Assembly (NCBI GenBank): GCA_033875325.1
Contig: JANRKA010000071.1
Location: 73,371-137,370, forward strand
Source: Elusimicrobiota bacterium
GTDB lineage: Bacteria; Elusimicrobiota; Elusimicrobia; UBA1565; UBA9628
Length of the DNA: 64,000 nt
Direction: 5' to 3'
Positions 43,127-51,476 of the stretch are shown here, one piece after another. Under the pieces are notes generated by a model. It was not told the DNA's origin and did no database searches. It saw only the letters and a list, made by a program, of their open reading frames with translations. Each line of letters starts with the position of its first letter. Position 1 is the stretch's first letter. Position numbers and translations under genes: made by a program.

Positions 43127-43824
43127 GAAAGTCTCTCATCATCGCCGCGGCGCTGCTGCTCCTGTGGGAGCAGCCGGCGCACGCGCTCATCTTCGACACG
43201 GCCATGTCCGGCATCCAGTACGCCGAGCAGAAGGCCTACCAGGCCTTCATGAAGCTCAAGGTCATTGAGCAGATCAGGATCATGAAGCAGAACTACGACG
43301 CCTCCGTCCGCTACTACAAGGAGTTCGAGCGCCTCAACAGCGGCAAGGGACTCTTCGCGAACGTGGCCGACATGCTCAAGACCACGGCCGAGCAGATGGG
43401 CGAAGAGCTGAAGGGGAACGTGGACCGGGACTTCATCAACACCTACAACACCGACACGAAGGTGGACCGCTTCTTCCACAGCATCGACCGCGGCATCGCC
43501 AACAACATGCGCTACGCCGGCGACGGTTTGGCCGACGTGATCTCGGGACGCAAGGCGGGCGTCCAGATCGCCCAGCAGGCCAAGGGACTCTCGCCCAAGG
43601 ACGCGGCGAACCTCTCGGCCAAGGCCGCCGGTCTGCAGATCCAGATGATGAGCCAGCTCCACGAGGACAACCTGCGCCTCATCGAGATCAACTCGATGCG
43701 CCTGGCGGCCGAGATGCGCCAGCAGCAGAGCGAGCAGAAGCTCATCAACAGCATCCGAAAGAGCGTCGAGAAGCGCGCGCCCGGGGCCTTGCCCCGGCAG
43801 TCCGAGCAGGGGGGCGACCAGTGA
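43123..43824 (+). CDS. TrbJ/VirB5-like secreted coiled-coil T4SS protein
   Basis: GTGA overlap. Signal peptide VRKSLIIAAALLLLWEQPAHA, then a long helical region. Position after virB4. Confidence 0.45.
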   Translation: MRKSLIIAAALLLLWEQPAHALIFDTAMSGIQYAEQKAYQAFMKLKVIEQIRIMKQNYDASVRYYKEFERLNSGKGLFANVADMLKTTAEQMGEELKGNVDRDFINTYNTDTKVDRFFHSIDRGIANNMRYAGDGLADVISGRKAGVQIAQQAKGLSPKDAANLSAKAAGLQIQMMSQLHEDNLRLIEINSMRLAAEMRQQQSEQKLINSIRKSVEKRAPGALPRQSEQGGDQ

Positions 43825-44819
43825 ACACGGGACTACTTCTGGACATCACGCAGATTCCGACGAAGCTCGCGGGCCTGGCCGGCGTCAGCAAGACGCTCGC
43901 GGTCGCGGCCCTGGGCTTCCTCATCCCGTTCACCATCCTCGAGATGAACGTCCGCTCGCTCCAGCGCAAGGAGTTCCCGAGCTACAGCGGGCTCATGACG
44001 CGCGGGCTCGTCGCGTGCATGTGTCTCATCGCCTACAAGGGCTTGTTCGGCTTCATCCTCAAGCTCTCGCAGGTGATGTCCTTCGCCATCCTGAGCGAGG
44101 AGCAGTGGGGGAACTTCCTGACGCAGAGCCTCAAGGGCAGCGACTCAAGCTATCCAACGCTGATGATCCTCCTCAAGAACGTCGCCTCGATCCAGGGCCT
44201 GCTGCTTTTCCTGAGCAGCCTCCTGACGATGGTCGTGCGCGAGGTCGTCATCATGCTCCAGGTCTGCTTCCTGAGCCTGCTCTACGCCTTCGGCCCGCTG
44301 GCGCTGGCCTGCGCGGTCAACGAGAAGACGCTCCAGGTCACGCGGGGCTGGATCACCAACACCTTCCAAGTGGCGTTCTGGAGCTTCTTCCTGCGTCTGG
44401 CCGTGCGCGTGTGGCTCACGCTCGCGCCGATGAGCGGCTCCACGGGCGCCGGCATGGCCGACGACTACGTCGGCGTGCTGACCGTGAACGTGACCTTTCT
44501 CATCCTGATCCTGGGCACGCCGGTCCTGACCGCCCGACTGCTCTCCGGCGAGAACATCGCCTCGATGGGCGAGGCGGCCATGGGCGCGGTGAGCACCGTC
44601 ATGGTCGCCCGGAAGATGGGAGCCGCGACTTCCATCAGCAAGGAGATCAGCTCCTACCGCAAGGCCAAGGCCGACGGCAAAGGCAAGGAGCCCTACTTCC
44701 AGCATCCCATCCCGGCGACGATGAGCCGCACCTATGAGGCGATGTTCGGCCGTAAGAAGCCCGCCGCGACGGACGCCGCCAAGCCGGCCGCCGCGGCCCC
44801 GAGAGGTAAAGGCGCGTGA
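43821..44819 (+). CDS. TrbL/VirB6-like polytopic T4SS membrane protein
   Basis: 332 aa with at least 6 hydrophobic segments and a charged C-terminal tail. Position between the VirB5-like and VirB8-like genes. Confidence 0.6.
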   Translation: MNTGLLLDITQIPTKLAGLAGVSKTLAVAALGFLIPFTILEMNVRSLQRKEFPSYSGLMTRGLVACMCLIAYKGLFGFILKLSQVMSFAILSEEQWGNFLTQSLKGSDSSYPTLMILLKNVASIQGLLLFLSSLLTMVVREVVIMLQVCFLSLLYAFGPLALACAVNEKTLQVTRGWITNTFQVAFWSFFLRLAVRVWLTLAPMSGSTGAGMADDYVGVLTVNVTFLILILGTPVLTARLLSGENIASMGEAAMGAVSTVMVARKMGAATSISKEISSYRKAKADGKGKEPYFQHPIPATMSRTYEAMFGRKKPAATDAAKPAAAAPRGKGA

Positions 44820-45466
44820 ACACGACGACTCCCGCTCACGAGACGCTGCCGCTCGGCCGACCCGCCTACTACGAGGTCTGGGGCGGCTTGGAAAGCGCCA
44901 ACAAAGCGCTCTGGACCGGTCTGTGGCTCGCGATCACGGTCGCGATCCTGGCGCTGGCGCTGCTGCGCGTGCAGTCGCGCCGGCCGCCCGTCGTCATCAA
45001 GGTGGACGGCAGCGGGCAGTCGGTCACGCTCACGGGCGTCGACCGCGAGCCGCCGGTGGGGGAGGCCGAGGTCCGCAACTTCCTCGCGCTCTACGAGCGC
45101 TTCTTCATCGAGCTCAACGCCTACACCTACGATGCGGACCTGCGCCTGGCCTTCACGATGATGACGCCCGAGTTCCAGTCCAAGGCCAACGACATGCTCA
45201 AGCGCGAGAACACGATCGAGAACCTGAAGGCCAACCAGACCAAGACGACCTTGTTCCTGACGGAGCTGCGCGTCCTGCGCGACACGCCGCAGGTCCTCGA
45301 ATGCAAGGTGAAGGGCTACCGCCAGGTGGCCTCCTACAAGCCCGACGCGGCGGCGGGCGAGGTGGTCTTCGAGCACGACGTCGTGCTCCTCAAGGTCCCG
45401 CGCTCGCAGCAGTCGCCCTACGGCATCCTCGTCCAGGACTTCCATGAGAGCGTCTTTAAGAGATAA
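44816..45466 (+). CDS. VirB8/TrbF-like bitopic T4SS protein
   Basis: 216 aa. Single TM LWTGLWLAITVAILALALL, followed by an NTF2-like-sized periplasmic domain (VRNFLALYERFFIELNAYTYD...). Confidence 0.5.
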   Translation: MNTTTPAHETLPLGRPAYYEVWGGLESANKALWTGLWLAITVAILALALLRVQSRRPPVVIKVDGSGQSVTLTGVDREPPVGEAEVRNFLALYERFFIELNAYTYDADLRLAFTMMTPEFQSKANDMLKRENTIENLKANQTKTTLFLTELRVLRDTPQVLECKVKGYRQVASYKPDAAAGEVVFEHDVVLLKVPRSQQSPYGILVQDFHESVFKR

Positions 45467-46262
45467 CGCTCCGGCGCTCCTGCTGGCGCTGGCGAGCGTG
45501 ATCCTCGCGGTCGCGTTCACCATGCCCATCGGCGCCGAGCGCCTGGCGCGCACGCAGTACCAGCGCCTGGAGGGCTTCGTCGGCCCTTTCGAGGCCTCGA
45601 AGTCCCCGGACGCGCCCGCCAAGGGCGCGACGGCCGGCGGAGGCGAGACCTGGGGATTCGTGGCTCAAGCCGTGCGCCAGAGATACACGCCGGTCGAAGC
45701 CAACGCGCTGCTGAGCCGCGTCGAGTCGCTGACTAAGGCGCAGGAGTCCGCGCGGAATACGGCCGAGCGGCCGTCGCGGACGAAGGCCAAGAAGAACGCG
45801 GCCGAGGCGACTCCGGCGGCGGTCGCGGCGAGCACCGCCGCGCTCAAGCCCGAGGCGCACATCCAAGCTGTCGCCGCGGTTCCCGCGCCCGAAACCGCGG
45901 ATTCAGTGGGAGAAACATACGAGAACGACCCCGCCAAGTATTCGCTGGACGCGAGCGCCGCACAGGGCACGGTCATCCTGCGGCTGCGCGGCTTGAGCCG
46001 CGCCGGCGCCCGCTACGTCCTCAAGGTCGCCGTGACCAACCGCGGCGGAGACGACTTCTTCGTGCGCGAGTTCGTCCTGCGCGATGGTCAGGAAATCATC
46101 GCCTCTAAATCCTTCGTCCGGCTCTTCGTCGAGCCGGGGCGTACGCGAGAAGGTTTCGTCGTCTTCGAGAAGCCCCGGAACGGGGCCGCCGTCCATGTCG
46201 CGCTTAAGGAGGATCGGGAGAAAGGACGGGTCGTCGAGCTGCCTGTCCCTTATCCCTTTTGA
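45444..46262 (+). CDS. secreted T4SS-associated protein, possible VirB9/TraK analogue
   Basis: Signal/anchor ALLLALASVILAVAF, an Ala/Pro-rich linker and a beta-rich C-terminus (GTVILRLRGLS...YVLKVAVTNRG...FVVFEKP). Assignment is by position only. Confidence 0.3.
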   Translation: MRASLRDNAPALLLALASVILAVAFTMPIGAERLARTQYQRLEGFVGPFEASKSPDAPAKGATAGGGETWGFVAQAVRQRYTPVEANALLSRVESLTKAQESARNTAERPSRTKAKKNAAEATPAAVAASTAALKPEAHIQAVAAVPAPETADSVGETYENDPAKYSLDASAAQGTVILRLRGLSRAGARYVLKVAVTNRGGDDFFVREFVLRDGQEIIASKSFVRLFVEPGRTREGFVVFEKPRNGAAVHVALKEDREKGRVVELPVPYPF

Positions 46263-46266
46263 ACGA

Positions 46267-46659
46267 ATGAACACCGCCACGAGACCGTTGCCGCCGATGC
46301 CGTATCTCAAGCCGCTGCCGCCGAGCGGGCAGAGCAAGCCGGTCGTCATCCCCCTGTTCCGCTTCGACTTCAAGCGGCGCTACGAGGGCATCTTCACCAA
46401 CCGGCACGACCGGTTCGTGCTGCGCGACGAGCACGTGGTCGAGCTCAAGCGCGTGTCTGCCGACTTCAACCGCGACCGTCCGCCGCTGACGCCCGCGCTG
46501 AGCGCCTCGGACATCATCAACGCGGCGCTCGACTTCGCCTTCGAACACCCGGTCGCCTTGGCCCGGCTGGGCAAGCCGGAGGAGTACCGCGACGCGCTGG
46601 CCCGCGAAGTGTACCGCAAGGCTTTCTTCCACTTCGCCTTCAATGACCTGCTCCGCTAA
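46267..46659 (+). CDS. hypothetical protein in T4SS operon
   Basis: ATG 46267 within track ORF 46084..46659. 130 aa. No family recognised. Confidence 0.4.
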   Translation: MNTATRPLPPMPYLKPLPPSGQSKPVVIPLFRFDFKRRYEGIFTNRHDRFVLRDEHVVELKRVSADFNRDRPPLTPALSASDIINAALDFAFEHPVALARLGKPEEYRDALAREVYRKAFFHFAFNDLLR

Positions 46660-47323
46660 GCTGCTGGCGGCGGTCATGCTCGCGGCGGCTTCCGTCTCGG
46701 CCCAGGAGACGGTCGTCGCCAAGGCGTTCCGCGAGAAGAAGGGGGAGACGGGACCTCCGGCCAAGTTCATCGGCGTCACGCAGAAGACGCCGACCAAGGC
46801 CAACTACTTCCTGCCGACCGGGTTCACCTTTCCTGTGCGGCTGGAGAACGCCGTCTACTCGTACAACGTGGAAACGCCGGCGATCGCGGTCGTGGAGCGC
46901 GACGTGGTCTACCTGCGGCGGGTGGTCATCCCGGCAGGCACGCGGGCCATCGGGACCGTCGCCGTCATCAAGAGCCACGACCGGGTGCTCGTCAACTTCC
47001 ACACGCTCGTCTTCGAGACGGGCGACGAGGCGAAGCTGACGGGGATCGCGCTGGCGCTCGACGGCTCGGCGGGACTCAAGGGCAAGGTCGAGACGCATAA
47101 GGACTCGGCGGTCGCCAACACCGTGCTGCGCTCCTTCGTCAGCGGCACACAGACCGCCCTCGACATGAGCGGCGTCAGTCCCATCGCGTCGTCGGCCACG
47201 CAGGGAATCGCGGGAGAGGCCGTGAAGGAACTCGACACGCAGCGCCAGGAAGTGACCGAGAGCATCACCATCGAGGCGGAGACGGGCCTACGGATCTACA
47301 TCCCGCAACGGCTCGAGTTCTAA
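46643..47323 (+). CDS. VirB10/TrbI-like T4SS protein (short form)
   Basis: IPAGTRAIGTVAVIKSHDRVLVNFHTLVFETGDEAKLTGIALALDGSAGLKGKVETH matches the TrbI/VirB10 C-terminal barrel region. Confidence 0.65.
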   Translation: MTCSAKLLAAVMLAAASVSAQETVVAKAFREKKGETGPPAKFIGVTQKTPTKANYFLPTGFTFPVRLENAVYSYNVETPAIAVVERDVVYLRRVVIPAGTRAIGTVAVIKSHDRVLVNFHTLVFETGDEAKLTGIALALDGSAGLKGKVETHKDSAVANTVLRSFVSGTQTALDMSGVSPIASSATQGIAGEAVKELDTQRQEVTESITIEAETGLRIYIPQRLEF

Positions 47324-47331
47324 GGAGGCGA

Positions 47332-47682
47332 ATGGAAGAGATCGACCTGAAAGCCGTTCAGATCACGAAGGAGGCCGTCCTGCGGCTCATCGCGGAGGCG
47401 TCTCGCACCGCCAAGAAGAAGGAGCCGGACTTGCTCTTGGCCGACGAGGTGGCCAAGAAGCTCCGCTTGTCGAAGTGGCGCTTCTACCACGTCTACAAGG
47501 AGCTGGGGCTCGTGCCTGTCCGCCGGCTGGGGCGCAAGCTGCTGTTTCCGCGGGTCCAAGTGGAACGCCTGCTCGGACAGGAGCCGGCGCGGCCGGGACG
47601 CAAGGCCAGGAGCTCGTTCTCGCGGCCCCTCTCCCGCGATGCCGCACATTTTCCGGGAACTTTTCAGGCCCCCAGCGCGTAG
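47332..47682 (+). CDS. xis: excisionase-type (MerR-like) helix-turn-helix protein
   Basis: LLADEVAKKLRLSKWRFYHVYKELGLVPVRRLGRKLLFPRVQVERLL. Immediately upstream of the integrase gene. Confidence 0.6.
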   Translation: MEEIDLKAVQITKEAVLRLIAEASRTAKKKEPDLLLADEVAKKLRLSKWRFYHVYKELGLVPVRRLGRKLLFPRVQVERLLGQEPARPGRKARSSFSRPLSRDAAHFPGTFQAPSA

Positions 47683-47691
47683 GTACTACCT

Positions 47692-48765
47692 ATGGGAAAG
47701 CGAGTCGTCGACGGCTTCTACGAGGTGGACTTCACCTACAACGGGCAGCGCTACCGGGGCACTCTCCCGTGTGCGACGCTCGTCGCCCTGATCTCCGGTC
47801 GCTCGACCGAGGACAACACGCGCAACCTCGGCCGCGCGGGCGTGGTCGGCTTCTCGCGATTCGTCGACGACTTCTTCATGCCTCAGCACTCCCGGGTCAA
47901 CAAGAAGCCCTCGGCGCACTACGCCGACGTCTGCTCCGTGGTCACTCTCAAGGCGTTCCTCGGCGAGACGCCCCTGCACGAGATCACCAAGGCTTCGCGC
48001 GAGGAGTTCAAGCAGAAGCGACTGTCGGGCAAGCTGTCGCCGCGCGGCATCAAGTGCTCCAACAACACCGTCAACCGCGAGCTCTCCTGCCTGTGCCAGG
48101 TGCTCGCCTACGCGGTCAGCGTGGAGCACCTTAAGGAAAATCCGTTGGAGGGCCTTAAGCGCCTGCCGACCATCCATCGCGACATGTTCTGGCTGAACAA
48201 GGAGCAGTTCGACGGCCAGCTCGTGCCTGTAGCGACGGCCTACGAGGCGGGGCGCTATCGCGACCTCATCGAGTTCGCGGCGTACACCGGCGCGCGCCGA
48301 AACGAGATACTCCTGTTCCATCGGGACGATATCAACTGGAGCCGCGACGAAATCCGAATCGCCACTCTCAAGAAGCGCCGTCGCGGGAAAGCGGAGCGCT
48401 TCTTGTCCGTCAAGGGCATCGGACCGCGCCTGGAGAATCTACTGCGGAGGATGAAGCCGCATCCCGAGACCGGCTACTTCTTCGCCACCAGGGACGGAAA
48501 GCCCTGGAACGAGCACTACGTCAACAAGGTGTTCATCGTCCTGCGCAAGAAGGCGAACCTGACGCAGTATCGCTTTCACGACCTGCGCCACACCTTCGCC
48601 ATGCACCGGGTCATGACGCAGATCACCTTCCGCCAGCTGCAGATCGAGCTCGGCCACTCGTCGCCGCAGTCGGTTCAGGCCTATCTGGACCAGGCGACCC
48701 GCTTCGACCCGAAGGAATCTCTATTCTACGTCGACCCCGCGACGGCGCCGTCGCTCAGCGCCTGA
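47692..48765 (+). CDS. int: tyrosine recombinase / phage-type integrase
   Basis: ARRNEIL (catalytic Arg region). HDLRHTFAMHRV...LGHSSPQSVQAYL (R-H-x-x-R ... H ... Y). Confidence 0.9.
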   Translation: MGKRVVDGFYEVDFTYNGQRYRGTLPCATLVALISGRSTEDNTRNLGRAGVVGFSRFVDDFFMPQHSRVNKKPSAHYADVCSVVTLKAFLGETPLHEITKASREEFKQKRLSGKLSPRGIKCSNNTVNRELSCLCQVLAYAVSVEHLKENPLEGLKRLPTIHRDMFWLNKEQFDGQLVPVATAYEAGRYRDLIEFAAYTGARRNEILLFHRDDINWSRDEIRIATLKKRRRGKAERFLSVKGIGPRLENLLRRMKPHPETGYFFATRDGKPWNEHYVNKVFIVLRKKANLTQYRFHDLRHTFAMHRVMTQITFRQLQIELGHSSPQSVQAYLDQATRFDPKESLFYVDPATAPSLSA

Positions 48766-49624
48766 TGCCGCGGTAGTAGTCCCCGACCAGGGCGAAGGCC
48801 GCTTCCACGTCCACGGCCAGGCCGCACTCGGCGGCCAGGGTCTGGAAAGGGACCTTCCAGGCGGCTGGCGGCTGCGACAGGTCGTCGGGCAGAGGGTGGG
48901 TCTTGCGGCGCTCGAAAGTAGCGCGTACGGCGGGACCGACGCGACCGGCGTCGAGCGTTCCGCTCTTCAGGAGCAGGAACAGGTCCACGAGGTCCTTGAC
49001 CCGAGTGTTGGGGCGCTCGCGCGGCAGGGTATAGGCGTGGATCTTTTCCGCGAACTGCTGTTCACGCGAGACGGTCGGATAGCGTGGCGCGGGGATGCTC
49101 GCGAAGTCGAGCCAGTCGCGACCGACAGTCTCGTCCAGCGGCTCCAGGACGACGTCGCCGGCGCCTACGTCGAGCTGGAACTTGACGAAGGTCCGCCCGT
49201 CCATCCGTGCCTCGATGGGGAAGCGCGCGCCGCCATAGGGCGCGGCATCCAGGTCCATCACCGGCGCCGCGACGATGAACGAGAAGAAATCCTCCAGATC
49301 CTTCGAGGCCGCCTCGATGAGGGCCTCATGGATGGCCGCGTTGAGCGAGTCGCCGCGTCCCTTTCCGAGAGACTCGCGCAGGGCGAGGTCCACGTCTTTC
49401 GTCGCGCGCGCCCCGGCGAAGCGGAGCTCCATGGCGTAGCCGCCCTTCAGGACCCAGGGAGCTTTCTTCGCCGCGAAGAGCCGCGCGAGCAGGCGGTCGA
49501 AGGCGACCTCGCGACGCAGGCGCTGGACGTCTCCGCCTCCTTCTTTGGCGCGGCGCAGGAGCCGGTCCTCCAGCGCGCGGCGGAATGCCGTCGCCGTCGC
49601 GTACTTCTTGGGCTCGGCGGTCAT
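48755..49624 (-). CDS. abiEii: AbiEii/AbiGii-family nucleotidyltransferase toxin (type IV TA)
   Basis: Start at MTAEPKKYATATAFRRALEDRL, within track ORF 48755..50089. WVLKGGYAMELRF...TKDVDLAL is typical of DUF1814/AbiEii. ATGA overlap with the antitoxin gene. Confidence 0.85.
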   Translation of the reverse strand: MTAEPKKYATATAFRRALEDRLLRRAKEGGGDVQRLRREVAFDRLLARLFAAKKAPWVLKGGYAMELRFAGARATKDVDLALRESLGKGRGDSLNAAIHEALIEAASKDLEDFFSFIVAAPVMDLDAAPYGGARFPIEARMDGRTFVKFQLDVGAGDVVLEPLDETVGRDWLDFASIPAPRYPTVSREQQFAEKIHAYTLPRERPNTRVKDLVDLFLLLKSGTLDAGRVGPAVRATFERRKTHPLPDDLSQPPAAWKVPFQTLAAECGLAVDVEAAFALVGDYYRGIRR

Positions 49625-50226
49625 CGCGCGAGTACCTTGATCCGCGCTCTGACCTCTCGCGGCAGACGCGCGGCCGAGTCGACTTGGGAAAGAGTCAGGA
49701 GGCCTCTCTGGACCGCCTCTTTGACGGCCTTTCTCAGGTGCTCTTCCGCGACGTCTCCGGCGGCAATCAGGTCGCCGATGGTCTTGAGCGGCTTCGTGAC
49801 GCGGTAGCCGTGCATGACCTCGGTATCGACCGGATGAAGCGGCGCCTTGTGGACCGCGAGGGCTTTGGGCGCGGCGCCGCTTCGGCGGAATCCGGGCGGA
49901 ACCGTCATGTGCAGTTTGGAAGGATTGAGGTCCGACAGGTCGTGGATGCCCAGCGCCGTCGCATGCGAGTAGACGCCTTGCGGCTCGCCCTTGCGATTCG
50001 CGGACCAGAGCGACCAAAGGATGAGCTCCGGCCTTTCGGGCGGGGGGTAGTTCTTCAGCCGGTAGATGCCGCGGTGCTCGCGGATCCAATTCCCGGCGTG
50101 GACGTGGTAGGCTTGAGCGTTGGCTTCATAGCCGGCCGCGCGCGCCTGCTTGGCGGTGAAGTACCCGCCTTGCTCGGAGGCGATGGTGTGCAGTCGTTCG
50201 GTTCGTCGTTTCCGTTGTTGGCGCAT
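49621..50226 (-). CDS. abiEi: AbiEi-family antitoxin / transcriptional regulator
   Basis: GGYFTAKQARAAGY...GNWIREHRGIYRL...YSHATALGIHDLSD...LHMTVP pattern of AbiEi_4. Confidence 0.85.
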   Translation of the reverse strand: MRQQRKRRTERLHTIASEQGGYFTAKQARAAGYEANAQAYHVHAGNWIREHRGIYRLKNYPPPERPELILWSLWSANRKGEPQGVYSHATALGIHDLSDLNPSKLHMTVPPGFRRSGAAPKALAVHKAPLHPVDTEVMHGYRVTKPLKTIGDLIAAGDVAEEHLRKAVKEAVQRGLLTLSQVDSAARLPREVRARIKVLAR

Positions 50227-50273
50227 AATACTTCAGATAATGTGCAGTATTATGCGTGTAAAACGAAATTAAA

Positions 50274-51476
50274 TCAAGATTCTGTGGATTTGCCGTGGAT
50301 TCGTGCGACTTCTTCTCGGACGCGTATGAACGCGACGCGTTCTTGCTCCAGGCGGATATCCTGTCCCCAGCGGTCGTCTCGTAAGGCGAGGAAGAGCGCC
50401 CCTTCATCGGCGGTCAATCGCTCCAGATTCTTGGTGAAGCGCTGGCCGGCCTCTTCACGTCCCCAGAGACTTTTATGGGCCAGCAGCGTCGTTTCGTCCA
50501 TTAAAAAGGATCGCGCGCCCGGAAGGATTTCTCTGAGCTGGCTGAGGATGGCGAAGCCGTGCGTGTCGATGTCTCCCCAGTAGTAGACCGCCGCTCCGCG
50601 CAGCCACGGGATGTCGGCTAACGAGCTCGCCCCGTAACCAAGGCCGAAGATGACCAAGGAATCTGGGCAATCGGGGAAGGACAAGCCGTTCATTTTGTTC
50701 TCGGTGATGAAGACCCGCTTCGGCCGTACCGATAATCCCCGCAGTTCGGGAAGCGGCACGGAAATGTCGGTCGCTCCCGCCAGAGCCCCGTCGAGCATGC
50801 GAAAACGGATCAGCGCGGGCTCGACCTTCAATCCGAAGCGCTCCTCGAAGCCGTGATTGGAAAGAGCGCGGCTCGTCGCCGTCACGACCTCCGCCGGCAG
50901 AACCGCCGTGAGAAGGTCGGCGATGATCGCGCGGCGGGTTTCAATGAACTTGGTGTCTACCCCAGGAATATCGAGCTGGCGCAGATAAAGGTCCGGCCTC
51001 GGCTTGTCCTGGAAGTAGCGGCAGACGGCGAGCAGCCTATCCCAATCGTCGACATGGTCCAGCACGAGGGCGGGACGGCGGCACAGAAGGGGCTTGAACT
51101 CGGGACGCTCCGCCAGGATGCGGGCGGCGAGTTGGCAGAATTTCTCATGCTGGCGACGTTTGCCGGTCAGGTGCAGATAATCGTCGAGTTCTGAGACGAT
51201 GACCTTTCGAGGAAAGGCTTGGTTCCCGAGGCGCCGGTGGTTGATGTGCGCGTACTCAAGGGCATAGCCTCTGCCTGCCGCTGTCTTGGCGCTCTTCTCC
51301 AACTGCTGGATCGCGGCGCGCAGGCCGGGGAACCCGTCGGCCAGCTCCTGAGCCGTCGGCTTGGGAATACCGATCTCCCACGGGAACAACGAAGCGCCTT
51401 CCAAGTGCGCGCGCTGGACGCGTTGCGTCTCCCAGAGCTTGAGCGCCCTGGAGCGGATCTCGTCGGGCGAGATCAT
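50274..51476 (-). CDS. jetD: Wadjet JetD (DUF3322/DUF2220, Toprim-like nuclease subunit)
   Basis: 400 aa. VFITENKMNGLSFP and YYWGDIDTHGFAILSQLR (Toprim DxD). Last gene of a jetABCD-ordered operon. Confidence 0.85.
   Translation of the reverse strand: MISPDEIRSRALKLWETQRVQRAHLEGASLFPWEIGIPKPTAQELADGFPGLRAAIQQLEKSAKTAAGRGYALEYAHINHRRLGNQAFPRKVIVSELDDYLHLTGKRRQHEKFCQLAARILAERPEFKPLLCRRPALVLDHVDDWDRLLAVCRYFQDKPRPDLYLRQLDIPGVDTKFIETRRAIIADLLTAVLPAEVVTATSRALSNHGFEERFGLKVEPALIRFRMLDGALAGATDISVPLPELRGLSVRPKRVFITENKMNGLSFPDCPDSLVIFGLGYGASSLADIPWLRGAAVYYWGDIDTHGFAILSQLREILPGARSFLMDETTLLAHKSLWGREEAGQRFTKNLERLTADEGALFLALRDDRWGQDIRLEQERVAFIRVREEVARIHGKSTES

Larger units (their letters stand above)
30893..48765 (+). 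mobile_element. integrative conjugative element core (transfer genes plus excisionase and integrase); true ends not identified
   Basis: Co-directional, mostly overlapping genes for a coupling protein, VirB2/3/4/5/6/8/10-like proteins, SSB, an excisionase-type HTH and a tyrosine recombinase. I could not recognise att repeats or a tRNA target. Confidence 0.7.

Noticed and set aside
48755-50089. 444-aa track ORF covering both AbiE genes
   Set aside because: The N-terminal 155 residues are Arg/Pro-rich and overlap the abiEi frame. The AbiEii-like sequence begins at the internal Met (49624), with the classic ATGA coupling.
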